From: Candidatus Sericytochromatia bacterium
GTDB taxonomy: Bacteria; Cyanobacteriota; Sericytochromatia; S15B-MN24; JAQBPE01
DNA: 50,903 nt
Reading direction: 5' to 3'
Assembly (NCBI GenBank): GCA_040400605.1
Contig: JBBAPZ010000009.1
Span: 15,604-66,506, forward strand
Part shown: one piece after another, positions 1-9,213 of the stretch
Numbering within the stretch: the first letter of the stretch is position 1
Layout: every line of letters starts with the position of its first letter
The notes under the pieces: generated by a model
Database searches by the model: none
What the model saw: only the letters and a program-made list of their open reading frames with translations
Told to the model about the DNA's origin: nothing
Made by a program: the position numbers and the translations under genes

Positions 1-908
1 ATCACATTGCCCAAGGATTTGCTCATTTTTTGATCCCCGACATTTAACCAGCCATGGCCATAAATCGTGCGGGGCAGCGGCAAATCCAAAGCCATGAGGA
101 TCGCAGGCCAAATGATGCAGTGAAACTTGGTGATATCCTTGCCGATCAATTGAAGGTCAGCCGGCCAATAACGCTCAAAACGCGCCATATCATCCGGCCA
201 CCCAATGCCTGTCAAATAATTGAGCAACGCATCCAGCCACACATAAATGACCTGTTTGTCATCCCCCGGAACCGGAATTCCCCAGTTCACATTCTGACGG
301 GAAATCGATACATCCGGGAAAGTCTCAAGCAAATTCAAAATCTCATGCCGACGGCTCGGCGGCGCGATGAACGCAGGATGCTGCTCGATGTGCGCACGGA
401 TACGCTCGCGATAACGCGAAATCGCCAACACATAATTATCCTCGCGGTAGGATTGCGGCACCGTTCTATGCTGCGGACACAGGCCTTCGACCAAATCCCG
501 CTCATTTTTGAACTCTTCACAGCCCACACAATACAAACCCTCGTACGTCGCAAGCTGAATGTCGCCATTGGCCAACAAGCGTTCAAACGCATACTGCACC
601 GCCGCCACATGCCGCGGCGCACTCGTTCGCAAGAAACCATCATACGCCACACCCAATTCACGCCACGCCGCTTCGAACTGTGGCGCCAAAGCATCAACAA
701 ACGTTTGGGGGTCAATCCCTTGCGCACTCGCCGCCCGCTCAATCTTGAGTCCGTGCTCATCCAAGCCTGTCAAGAAAAACACGTCACGCCCCCGAAGCCG
801 CTCATAACGCGCCACGGCGTCGGCTGCCACCTTTTCGTAGGCATGCCCGATATGCGGCGCCGCATTGGCGTAATCAATCGCGGTGGTAACGTAAAATGCC
901 TCGGCCAT
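1..908 (-). CDS. metG: Methionine--tRNA ligase (3' part runs off the window start)
   Basis: Manual translation from ATG at 908 gives MAEAFYVTTAIDYANAAPHIGHAYEKVAAD (HIGH motif). The frame ends at the window edge with GHGWLNVGDQKMSKSLGNV (KMSKS motif). It is missing from the ORF track because there is no stop codon in the window. Confidence 0.97.
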   Translation of the reverse strand, partial: MAEAFYVTTAIDYANAAPHIGHAYEKVAADAVARYERLRGRDVFFLTGLDEHGLKIERAASAQGIDPQTFVDALAPQFEAAWRELGVAYDGFLRTSAPRHVAAVQYAFERLLANGDIQLATYEGLYCVGCEEFKNERDLVEGLCPQHRTVPQSYREDNYVLAISRYRERIRAHIEQHPAFIAPPSRRHEILNLLETFPDVSISRQNVNWGIPVPGDDKQVIYVWLDALLNYLTGIGWPDDMARFERYWPADLQLIGKDITKFHCIIWPAILMALDLPLPRTIYGHGWLNVGDQKMSKSLGNV

Positions 909-941
909 GGTCTGAGCCCCCCCTCGAACCCCAAGACGTCA

Positions 942-970
942 ACCTTACCAAATCGACTGCAAGAACGCAA
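942..970 (-). promoter_or_regulatory. Putative sigma70-type promoter for metG
   Basis: Minus strand reads TTGCGT-N17-TAAGGT with a TG extended -10, about 35 nt upstream of the metG ATG. Confidence 0.45.
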
Positions 971-993
971 AAAAGCCGCCCACCTTGGGCGGC
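969..993 (-). terminator. Intrinsic terminator downstream of the 48-aa ORF
   Basis: Minus strand reads GCCGCCCA-AGG-TGGGCGGC followed by TTTTTT. Confidence 0.8.
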
Positions 994-1017
994 CCACTCA
1001 AGACAGTCCCCAAGGGC

Positions 1018-1164
1018 TCAGTCGTCATCCTCCGCGGCGCGATCATCCACCCCATACACGCGCATCTCCAACGTGCCGTTGCGCCACTGAAACGCCTGCT
1101 GATCCTCACCATCACTGACAAGGTCAAACTCCTTCAACGACATCTTGGTCAAATCCTTGGGCAT
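1018..1164 (-). CDS. Small acidic hypothetical protein (48 aa)
   Basis: ATG at 1164 with an AGGAGG RBS. Sequence is MPKDLTKMSLKEFDLVSDGEDQQAFQWRNGTLEMRVYGVDDRAAEDDD. A clean terminator follows. Confidence 0.7.
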   Translation of the reverse strand: MPKDLTKMSLKEFDLVSDGEDQQAFQWRNGTLEMRVYGVDDRAAEDDD

Positions 1165-1348
1165 ACGCTGACGTCCTCCTCTTTGAGCGCCCCGTAAACT
1201 TCCAACCGACATCCTCACGAGGCTGCTTTAATTGGTCACATCAAACATTCTAAACGGCGTTTATTAAATAAAAATTTTGCATCTGCTGGCACTTGATTGA
1301 TTTCCCGCTAATTTCCCATTGCACCGTTAGCCAAAACGATGCGTCATT

Positions 1349-1490
1349 TGTCGCCATTCGTTAGTTCTCTGGGCGAGCATTCGATCTGTCACCGTGAGAA
1401 ACCTGAAAATCAGGTCATCGCCTTGTCAATGAAAACACTCGAACCACAAAACGAGCTTGTCGTTTTGCACGCGAAGCAGTCTCAAACAAG
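1349..1490 (+). repeat. Divergent copy of the ~220-bp intergenic repeat unit
   Basis: GCCATTCG (1353), 53 nt, GTCAT (1414), 42 nt, CGTTTTGC (1461), then AAACAAG. The 36748-36958 copy has spacers of 54 and 42 nt. Confidence 0.55.
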
Positions 1491-1639
1491 CATCGCAACG
1501 ACGTTTCAAGCACGATTCGAGTTAATGAAATGTCGAAACAGCGCCGGAGAAGATTTGCCAAGCAGGCGATCGCATTGTTAAAACATCGTCGCAAACGCAG
1601 CGCCAAGCCAAACAATGATTGATACAGAAATGGATTGCG

Positions 1640-1733
1640 TTGGTGTCAAATTACACTATTCGATAACAGCGCGTGAATGCCCAATGTTTTGAATTTGCCA
1701 CACAGGTTTTGATTAGAAACCAAGGTGCCACTG
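1640..1733 (+). repeat. Copy of the ~220-bp intergenic repeat unit (tandem with 1349-1490)
   Basis: ATAACAGCGCGTGAATGCCCAA-TGTTTTGA-N18-GATTA-N11-GCCACTG aligns without gaps to 28725-28795. Confidence 0.85.
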
Positions 1734-1897
1734 TATCGCGTGGTTGCAAGCGGTTAGGCCAGCATACCAACTGGCGTGTTCATAAACACGGCATCTGGGC
1801 TCGTCGAGCGGCGCCCTCCAAGAACCGCTCGCAGTTCCTTGAACGTACTGTCTACTGCGTACAAAGCGCTATCACCGTTTCAAACGGACGGTTGGTA

Positions 1898-3094
1898 TCA
1901 GTGCGCTGTGACGGCTGTGGGTACACCTTTGCGTTGGAGTTGCCGCGCCCGCGAGGTGGCGATCGCACGCGTCGGATACTGCCCCACGTGCACCCGCGTC
2001 AACCCCCGACGAGACACGATAGCAGACGCCTGAACCCCCCGCGCCCTCAAATCCGACACCAATTGCGCAGCCCGAGCCCGCTCTTTAAACGCGCCAACCT
2101 GAACCAGATACCGCCCCCGACCCACGCCCCGGGTCGGTGTCGTCACATCAGCGCGCACCGGTTGCGGCGCCACCCAACGTGACGCCCCAGTATAAGAACC
2201 CACCCAATCACCCTGGCGCGTGCCACCACCTGACCACTGCATCGCAGGCGACGCATCGACACCACCGCCCCCATAAGTTCCCACCCAATCACGAGAAGGT
2301 GCCTTGGCAACGTACCTGGCACGGTACTGCCGCTTGGCTGTCGCGTAGCGAAGCCGATGACCACGGTAATACGACGCATAGCCCCTGCGATAACGCGATA
2401 AACCGTACCTTGACGCCTGGGCGTAGCGACCGTAGCCACGAACCCGACGGTTCGAATACCTGGCAGCTGATTGGGCATAACGCCAAGACGCAGGTCTGAC
2501 CCGTTTAACCACCACTCGGGCCCGCGGTGCAGGCTTCGCCGTCATAACCGGTGCCGCCGGGCGCACGGCAACAGGTGCAATCCGCCGAACTGGCGTCGGA
2601 TTGACCGTTTTGGGGACTGCCGGCACGGGCGGAACAGCCGCCACATCCGCACTCGGAACCCCCTCCGACGCCGCGTTAGGATCAATCTGGGTCGCCGGCG
2701 GCGGCACCGTTGCATCCTGTATCGTGCCAGCATCAGGAGGCGTTTCCTGGGTTGTGGCCGTCTGACTGACAAACGGCAAATTGTTGACCAAATCGTTCAC
2801 CATGTCAGGCGCCAGTGCCGTCGCGATAAAATAACCACCCACACCAACGAACAAGAGCGTCGTAATGGCGATCAAAAAGGTCTTGACCGGATTGCCGCGT
2901 GGAGAATCTTCATCCTCGCTTTGTTCATAGTCATCGTCATCGGCGTCATCCTGGTAGTCGTCGCTTTCTTCCAGGTACCCTTGGTCGTCACCGAAAGCGG
3001 AGTCCTCTTCACCGTAGTACTCGTCGTCATCTTTATATTTTTCGGGCATCTCACCCACGAACTCCGTTGGCTGCTTCCGATTGAAAAGAGGCAC
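1898..3094 (-). CDS. SPOR-domain membrane protein (acidic N-terminus, one TM helix, Pro- and Arg/Tyr-rich linker, C-terminal SPOR)
   Basis: C-terminal YLVQVGAFKERARAAQLVSDLRARG...RVHVGQY is a SPOR signature. GTG start at 3094 has a GGAGG RBS. Confidence 0.85.
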   Translation of the reverse strand: MPLFNRKQPTEFVGEMPEKYKDDDEYYGEEDSAFGDDQGYLEESDDYQDDADDDDYEQSEDEDSPRGNPVKTFLIAITTLLFVGVGGYFIATALAPDMVNDLVNNLPFVSQTATTQETPPDAGTIQDATVPPPATQIDPNAASEGVPSADVAAVPPVPAVPKTVNPTPVRRIAPVAVRPAAPVMTAKPAPRARVVVKRVRPASWRYAQSAARYSNRRVRGYGRYAQASRYGLSRYRRGYASYYRGHRLRYATAKRQYRARYVAKAPSRDWVGTYGGGGVDASPAMQWSGGGTRQGDWVGSYTGASRWVAPQPVRADVTTPTRGVGRGRYLVQVGAFKERARAAQLVSDLRARGVQASAIVSRRGLTRVHVGQYPTRAIATSRARQLQRKGVPTAVTAH

Positions 3095-3196
3095 CGGTTT
3101 TCCTCCAGTTGATTGGGAAAGTCCTTGAAATCGAGGCAATCATCGAATTTTGACGCCAAACGATGCCCGGTTGGCAACTCACACACCACACCCAGA

Positions 3197-3202
3197 ATTA
3201 TA
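3197..3202 (-). promoter_or_regulatory. Possible -10 box for the SPOR gene
   Basis: Perfect TATAAT on the minus strand about 100 nt upstream of the start. No well-spaced -35. Confidence 0.3.
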
Positions 3203-3273
3203 CCCTGATTGACCAAGAAAAGGCGGCACCTTGTCAACCCGGGAACCATCCGATTGCGTGAGAAAGCCGTCTT

Positions 3274-3448
3274 GATCCCAACCGAACGGCAGAGCCGATA
3301 CGGCACCGCGCAATTGTTGGGCAGTCCCCCGCCTGCACTTGCGCACCTCAGGATGAATCGGTCGTGCGTCGGGTACTTGATCCTGAAACCGTCCGGTTCG
3401 CTGATCAGCCTGACCAACCCAGATCACAACGGCTCCCCCTGGAGAACC
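3274..3448 (-). ncRNA. Candidate rod-shaped structured RNA (6S-like architecture)
   Basis: Nested complementary pairs at 3292-3297/3430-3435, 3316-3324/3410-3418 and 3348-3354/3380-3386, with a symmetric 23x23-nt internal bubble. About 175 nt, intergenic. No sequence-level family match recognised. Confidence 0.3.
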
Positions 3449-3523
3449 AGAATGTGACTGACATTTAACAAACAATCAGAGAAATCGATGGATGGCATTC
3501 AACCGCCATTCTTAAAAAACCGA

Positions 3524-3621
3524 CAGCCAAAATTTGATCAACTGGCCATGAGTCGACAAACAACAGGCCACAGGGCACCAAGCCCCGCCTGTACTGAACC
3601 CCCGGCCGAGTGATAAGCTGT
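3524..3621 (-). repeat. Reverse-orientation copy of the intergenic repeat unit
   Basis: A 17-nt exact match, TGATCAAATTTTGGCTG, to 36864-36880. Upstream GCTTGGTGCC and TCACTCGG blocks resemble GCTTGGTACC and CCATTCGG. Confidence 0.65.
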
Positions 3622-3778
3622 TGGGGGCTATTCAGTTCAGATTCAAGACCGGTAAATACCCCTCCGTCCAGGTATACGGCACAAGCCGTCTGAATCAGCA
3701 GGTTTGCCAGACTTGAGAGGAAGAGCCGAATCAAGTCACCCCACTCGGGTGTCTTGCGCTTACGTGAGGGAGACGAGC

Positions 3779-4681
3779 GTGGATTCCAGTCGTCCGATTG
3801 GTGTTTATGATTCCGGGCTCGGTGGATTGACCGTGGTCTCGGAACTGGTCAATGAGTTTCCGAACGAGCAAATCGTCTATGTGGGTGACACGGCAAGAGC
3901 GCCTTATGGGTGCCGCGAGGCCGGCGAGATCATTGCGTTCAGTGAAGCAATCGTCAATGTGTTGGTGCAAGCGCGATGCAAGCTCATCGTGGTCGCCTGC
4001 AACACCTCTTCGGCGTTGGCTTTGCCAAGCCTGTCAACGTGGTGTCCGATTCCCGTGCTGGGTTTGATTGACTCGGGTGCCGCTTCAGCGCAGGAAGCCG
4101 TCGCCCGTCTGGAAAAACCGTGCGTTGGCGTGGTGGCAACGGAGGCGACGGTGCGCTCCCGGGCTTACGAACGCGGCATCCAGGCATTGCGTGCGGACAT
4201 TCGTGTTCGTGCCGTTGCGGCGCCTGATTGGGTACCGTTGATCGAAGCGGGTGTTTTTGAAGGCGCAAGGGTCCAGGCTGCCATCGGGGCTGTCCTCGGG
4301 CCCTTTTTAAACGAGCGGATTGATACGTTGGTGATGGGTTGCACACATTATCCCCATTGGCGTGAGGCCTTGCGTCAACACGTGGGCGGTGCGCTCCCGC
4401 TGATTGATCCTGCCTCGCGCATCACAGGCAGCGTTCGACACGCGTTAAGCACCACTGGCGGGTTGGCCCAGCGACGTCAGATACCACATCGTTTTTTGGT
4501 GAGTGGTGATCCCAGCCAATTTGACGCGCTGGCACGGGTGCTGACTCCCGCACTGAATGTGCGCGCGGAGCATTTGGCAATGCCCGCATCGGTCACAGAT
4601 GACCAGAAAACGCCTGTGTTAAAGTCGCCGCTATACACAAGAACAGGCTCGTCAGGTATAGTGGGCCATAGCAAACCATAA
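3779..4681 (+). CDS. murI: Glutamate racemase
   Basis: PIGVYDSGLGGLTV, VVACNTSS and MGCTHY motifs. GTG start with a GAGGGAG RBS. Confidence 0.96.
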   Translation: MDSSRPIGVYDSGLGGLTVVSELVNEFPNEQIVYVGDTARAPYGCREAGEIIAFSEAIVNVLVQARCKLIVVACNTSSALALPSLSTWCPIPVLGLIDSGAASAQEAVARLEKPCVGVVATEATVRSRAYERGIQALRADIRVRAVAAPDWVPLIEAGVFEGARVQAAIGAVLGPFLNERIDTLVMGCTHYPHWREALRQHVGGALPLIDPASRITGSVRHALSTTGGLAQRRQIPHRFLVSGDPSQFDALARVLTPALNVRAEHLAMPASVTDDQKTPVLKSPLYTRTGSSGIVGHSKP

Positions 4682-4713
4682 AGTCTTTAGCGCGTTTGGG
4701 GTCATCCAGGTTC

Positions 4714-6132
4714 ATGCGAAAAAAGCGGTCACGATTCATCCCTTTGAGTCTCCTGGGTGGTATGGCGCTTGCGACCACGCTGACCGGTTGTCCAGGGCCT
4801 GCCCAAATTTTGCAGGCGAATTTGGCCAACCCTGCGCCAAGGGTGGGTGAGAGCACGATCGTGCGGGTTGAAATTCTGGCCCAGTGGTTTCGAACGCCCT
4901 CAATCTTTTACCGGGCACGCCGTGGTCGCATCATCGGTTTAAACGGGGAGATGGCCGTACCCGGCACGTTCGTGCGCGCCAGTAACCAAGTGCGGTATTT
5001 TGCGCCATTCACATCCAGCTATCCGTCTGCGGAAGGCTTGCAACAGAATGATGTGATTGAGATTTATGTGCAAGACGGCACTTTCCAAAATCAGTTGACC
5101 GTGCCTGTCATCGTCATGGGTTCCACTGTGGTATTTTCGATGCCGCAAAACGGAAAGCCCAATGGCACCTTGATGATGGCGATTGACATGGGCAATGGGC
5201 AGTCTTTGTCCCCGCCGGTGGCATTAAAAGATTTGCAGGGGCGAGACATCGAGGGGGTATCGCCGGTCATCTCGCCGGATGGGCAGCGCATCGCCTATGT
5301 GTTTTATCCTGGCGATGGCACCAGCAAGATTATGATGCGGGACGCCGCGGGTCAGGTGATGGCGCTCACCAACAATGCCCGTGGGTTGAACATCGATCCC
5401 GCGTGGAGCCCGGATGGCAAACAATTGTTGTTTGCCGGGAATCACGAGACTGGTGATGGAACCTTTGATCTGTATCTGATGGTGGTGGATCAGAGCCAAG
5501 GCGGTCGGGCAGTCACCCGCTTGACCAATAACAACTGGGACGATCGCCACCCCGCGTGGAACCCTGTATTGACCGCTGCACCAACGGCTTCCTTCGCAGC
5601 CGCTTCGCGCAAGAACAATCTGCAATCGCCTGGCGGACGGGCCCAGAACTGGAACCTGTACTTGATGGACAGCGTCGGCAATTACACGCGGGCGTTGACC
5701 AGCATTCAAGGCGATGGAGACAACTGGGCTATCGAGCCTGCGTGGCGCCTGGACGGTCAGGCGATCGCCTACACCCGCTTCGGGCCGGTCAACAACCTGC
5801 AATCGAGTGCCAGCCGCTTCCAGCGAATTTTTGTGCAAGAACTGCAAAATGCATCACCCACAGTGACGCCGCTTAACCCAACCAATACGAACCCAAATAC
5901 ACGAGAGAGTTCGCCCATTTGGTCCTCAGGTGGGACACCGACCATTTACTATCTGTTGAATGACATTAACTTCCAGACAACGGGACGCTTGTACCAGACC
6001 AGTTACAGTCCCGGTAACACCTTTACCTTGCCGCAGTTGGTTGGTCAATTTCAGACACTGAATTTTCCACTCACCATCGTGGGCGGAACCAACCGGGACA
6101 TCACAGGCTACCACCCGATTGATTGGCGTTAA
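4714..6132 (+). CDS. TolB-like / PD40 beta-propeller lipoprotein
   Basis: Lipobox LTGC. Repeats PVISPDGQRIAY, PAWSPDGKQLLF, HPAWNP and PAWRLDGQAIAY. Confidence 0.8.
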   Translation: MRKKRSRFIPLSLLGGMALATTLTGCPGPAQILQANLANPAPRVGESTIVRVEILAQWFRTPSIFYRARRGRIIGLNGEMAVPGTFVRASNQVRYFAPFTSSYPSAEGLQQNDVIEIYVQDGTFQNQLTVPVIVMGSTVVFSMPQNGKPNGTLMMAIDMGNGQSLSPPVALKDLQGRDIEGVSPVISPDGQRIAYVFYPGDGTSKIMMRDAAGQVMALTNNARGLNIDPAWSPDGKQLLFAGNHETGDGTFDLYLMVVDQSQGGRAVTRLTNNNWDDRHPAWNPVLTAAPTASFAAASRKNNLQSPGGRAQNWNLYLMDSVGNYTRALTSIQGDGDNWAIEPAWRLDGQAIAYTRFGPVNNLQSSASRFQRIFVQELQNASPTVTPLNPTNTNPNTRESSPIWSSGGTPTIYYLLNDINFQTTGRLYQTSYSPGNTFTLPQLVGQFQTLNFPLTIVGGTNRDITGYHPIDWR

Positions 6133-6234
6133 AGACCCACCATTGAGCAGGTTAAGGCCTGATGGGAAAGCCGGTTGATCAGTGCAACCAGGAACGGTGG
6201 TTGGATCCACCCCAGACGCGTAATCGAGGATTTG

Positions 6235-7737
6235 ATGCGGCAATTCAGACAGTTGGTTTTAAACCTTTTCATGGCTTTGCTGGTGGCCATTCCGAATGGT
6301 TTGGCATTTGCTGAACCGGTGCCACTCACCATCTTGCACACCAACGACACACATGATCATCTTGAACCGTTTGTGAACCGTGACAAGCAAGAAGTCGGTG
6401 GCGTTGCGCGGCGGGCAAGCTATTTTAAAAGTGTGCGTGACAAACACCCCAACGTCTTGATTCTGGATGCGGGCGATGTGTTTCAGGGAACACCCATTTT
6501 TACTTTTTTTGGGGGTCAGGCCGATTTCAAGACAATGAACCAGGCAGGTTATGATGTTATTGCTGTCGGCAATCACGACCTTGACAACGGGGTCGAGCAC
6601 TTGGTCGAGCAATCCCGTTTGTTGTCACGTCAACCGGTTTGCGCCAATTTGGTGGACCCTTATAAGCGCCTGATTTTTCCAGCCTACCGAATGGTCGAAC
6701 GGGGTGGTCTGCAAGTTGCGATCATTGGTGTACTGGGACGGGACGCGTATGAGGCCGTTGCGGTGGAACGGCGTGCAGGCACGGCGCTGCTGGATCCGGC
6801 CGCCACATTGAAAACGATGATTCCGATTCTCCGGACGGGCGCCGACTTGATCATTGTCGTCTCGCATTCGGGGCTGGAAGAAGATGTTGCGATGGCCAAA
6901 GCGGTGTCGGGCATTGATCTCGTCGTGGGTGGGCACAGCCACACACGGGTCGAGCAACCGGTGGCAGTCAGGCACGGGGACCGCGAAACCCTGGTCGTTC
7001 AGGCCTATCGGTGGGGTGAAGTTGTCGGCAAGTTGGACCTTGACATCGAAAACAAGCGCGTCATCCGGCACCGTGGCGCACTGGTGCCCATTACCGGGGC
7101 GATCGCCCCGGATGCGGAAGTGGCCAAAACCGTTGCCCATTACAGCGATCAGATTCGCAAAATCATGGCGGAAGTTGTGGGCCACAGCACGGTCGAATTC
7201 ACGCACCGCGGCCGTGAAAAAGGCGATTCAGCCCTCGCTAACCTGGTTGCCGATGCAATCCAGGCGCAGAGTGGTGCTGACATTGCAGTCATCAACACGG
7301 ATGGCATTCGGTCAGACCTCGCCAAAGGCGACATCACGCGCGGCACGGTCATCAGCATGTTGCCCTTCGATAACCGCGTGGTAACGCTGGAAGCCACCGC
7401 CGAGCAGATACGTGCGGTCGTCACTTACGCGGCCTCGCGCCTGACTCGCACAGGCAGTATCCAGTTCGCTGGTCTGCGCTACGCCTTGCGCGACGGGGTT
7501 GTCACTGACATCCAGGTGGCTGGAGCCCCCTTGAAGCCGGGACGGCGTTACACGTTAGCCACAGTGGATTACGTCGCAAACGGAAACGATGGCGCCGACG
7601 TGTTTCGTTCACTCGAGCCGCTGAAAAAGAGCGAGGACCTGGTCAGGGATGTGTTTATGCGCCATTTGGCCACGCATTCGCCGTTGACCATGCCGGAAGG
7701 CCGTCGGGTGGATCATCCCGAGGCCGTGACGCGATAA
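6235..7737 (+). CDS. Secreted bifunctional metallophosphatase / 5'-nucleotidase
   Basis: Signal peptide. Motifs ILHTNDTH, LDAGD, VGNHD, SHSG and GGHSH. C-terminal 5'-nucleotidase domain (INTDGIR, LPFDN). Confidence 0.93.
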   Translation: MRQFRQLVLNLFMALLVAIPNGLAFAEPVPLTILHTNDTHDHLEPFVNRDKQEVGGVARRASYFKSVRDKHPNVLILDAGDVFQGTPIFTFFGGQADFKTMNQAGYDVIAVGNHDLDNGVEHLVEQSRLLSRQPVCANLVDPYKRLIFPAYRMVERGGLQVAIIGVLGRDAYEAVAVERRAGTALLDPAATLKTMIPILRTGADLIIVVSHSGLEEDVAMAKAVSGIDLVVGGHSHTRVEQPVAVRHGDRETLVVQAYRWGEVVGKLDLDIENKRVIRHRGALVPITGAIAPDAEVAKTVAHYSDQIRKIMAEVVGHSTVEFTHRGREKGDSALANLVADAIQAQSGADIAVINTDGIRSDLAKGDITRGTVISMLPFDNRVVTLEATAEQIRAVVTYAASRLTRTGSIQFAGLRYALRDGVVTDIQVAGAPLKPGRRYTLATVDYVANGNDGADVFRSLEPLKKSEDLVRDVFMRHLATHSPLTMPEGRRVDHPEAVTR

Positions 7738-7765
7738 GGATCAGTCAAACACCGTCAGAGAAAGG

Positions 7766-9130
7766 GTGCGAGCGTTGGCAAACTTGTTTGGTACAGATGG
7801 GGTTCGCGGTTTGGCTAACCGGGAGTTGACGCCGGAACTGGCCTTTGAACTGGGGCGTGCAGGGGCGGCGCATTTGCGCTCACAGAGCTTGGAAGCCCAC
7901 CCGATGATACTGGTTGGCAAAGACACCCGTCGCTCTGGGGACATGCTTGAAGCGGCCCTTTGCGCGGGCATTTGTTCGGTTGGGGTGAATGTGGTTCGGC
8001 TTGGGGTGGTGCCGACGCCAGTTGTTGCTTATCTGACCGCGAACGGGGCTGCCGTGGCGGGGGTGATGATTTCTGCCAGTCATAATCCGGCGCCGGATAA
8101 TGGGATCAAGTTTTTCGGGCGTACGGGGTTCAAGTTGCCGGATGCCGATGAGGCCAGCATCAGTGAATTGATGCAGAACCAGGATGGTTTGCCACGACCG
8201 ACGGGGGAAGCGATCGGGCGCGTGCGTGATGATCAGTCCCTGATCTCATTGTATGTGAAGCATGTGCAGGCGTTGATACCCGAAGGTTTGCGGAATCTCA
8301 AAGTGGTGGTTGACTGTGCCCATGGGGCTGCCTACCAGCTGGCACCGACCATACTTGGGGCGTTGGGCGCTGAGTTGATTCCCTTGCATACGGCGCCGGA
8401 TGGCGACAATATCAACCGGCAATGCGGTTCCACGCACCTGCAGTGGTTGAGTGAGGCGGTGGTGGCTGCAAAGGCAGACCTCGGCCTGGCCTTTGATGGC
8501 GATGCCGACCGGTTGCTGGCAGTGGATGAAACGGGGCAGGTGGTGGATGGCGATCGCATCATGTTGATTTGCCTCAAGCATCTGCAGGCGATCGGCAAGT
8601 TGCCCGATGCGTCGGTGGTTGCAACAGTCATGAGCAACATGGGTTTTGAAGAAGCCGTCTTGACCTTGGGGGGACATTTTGTGCGGGCAAAGGTGGGCGA
8701 TCGCCACGTTCTGGAAGCCATGCTGCACCACGGCATCCGGTTGGGTGGCGAACAAAGTGGCCACGTCATCTTTTTGGACGACAACACCACCGGGGACGGC
8801 TTGATCACCGCCGTACGCCTGTTGCAGGCCATCGGCGCCTTCAACCAGCCACTCTCCGCCTTGGCTGCCATGATGAGCAGTTACCCACAGTTGCTCAAAA
8901 ACCTGCGTGTGGCACGCCTCGATGGCTGGGGTGACAATGCAACCATTCAAGGGGCGATCGCACAGGCGCAAACAGCCCTTGGCGCCGAGGGACGCCTCTT
9001 GGTGCGAGCCTCAGGCACCGAAGCGCTCCTGCGGGTGATGGTCGAAGGCCATGACCGTGACGCCATCGAGGCGATCGCCAACCAACTGTGCCAAATCATC
9101 ATCCAGGAACTCGGTTCCGCCACCCACTGA
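7766..9130 (+). CDS. glmM: Phosphoglucosamine mutase
   Basis: LFGTDGVRG, ISASHNP, FDGDADR, GGEQSGH and VRASGTE motifs. The start may be the TTG at 7775. Confidence 0.96.
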   Translation: MRALANLFGTDGVRGLANRELTPELAFELGRAGAAHLRSQSLEAHPMILVGKDTRRSGDMLEAALCAGICSVGVNVVRLGVVPTPVVAYLTANGAAVAGVMISASHNPAPDNGIKFFGRTGFKLPDADEASISELMQNQDGLPRPTGEAIGRVRDDQSLISLYVKHVQALIPEGLRNLKVVVDCAHGAAYQLAPTILGALGAELIPLHTAPDGDNINRQCGSTHLQWLSEAVVAAKADLGLAFDGDADRLLAVDETGQVVDGDRIMLICLKHLQAIGKLPDASVVATVMSNMGFEEAVLTLGGHFVRAKVGDRHVLEAMLHHGIRLGGEQSGHVIFLDDNTTGDGLITAVRLLQAIGAFNQPLSALAAMMSSYPQLLKNLRVARLDGWGDNATIQGAIAQAQTALGAEGRLLVRASGTEALLRVMVEGHDRDAIEAIANQLCQIIIQELGSATH

Positions 9131-9213
9131 CCAAACCGAATAATTCAGTCCCGGTTCGGGTATAGCCATATCGTTTCGTCCGGATATCATTCCGAGAAAA
9201 GGGGCGTTCGACC

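Noticed and set aside
909..1017. T-box or SAM riboswitch upstream of metG, suggested by the terminator
   Set aside because: No T-box (GGTGGNACCGCG) or SAM-I core. The hairpin is explained as the terminator of the 48-aa ORF, and a promoter lies downstream of it.
54..1118. 354-aa plus-strand ORF
   Set aside because: It is the antisense shadow of metG, which carries HIGH and KMSKS motifs on the minus strand.
1286..1302. Sigma54 promoter (TGGCAC...)
   Set aside because: The GC at the -12 position is missing (GG-N10-AT).
3700..3745. tmRNA 5' end or cobalamin B12-box resemblance
   Set aside because: There is no matching T-arm/acceptor CCA end and no riboswitch core at the expected positions.
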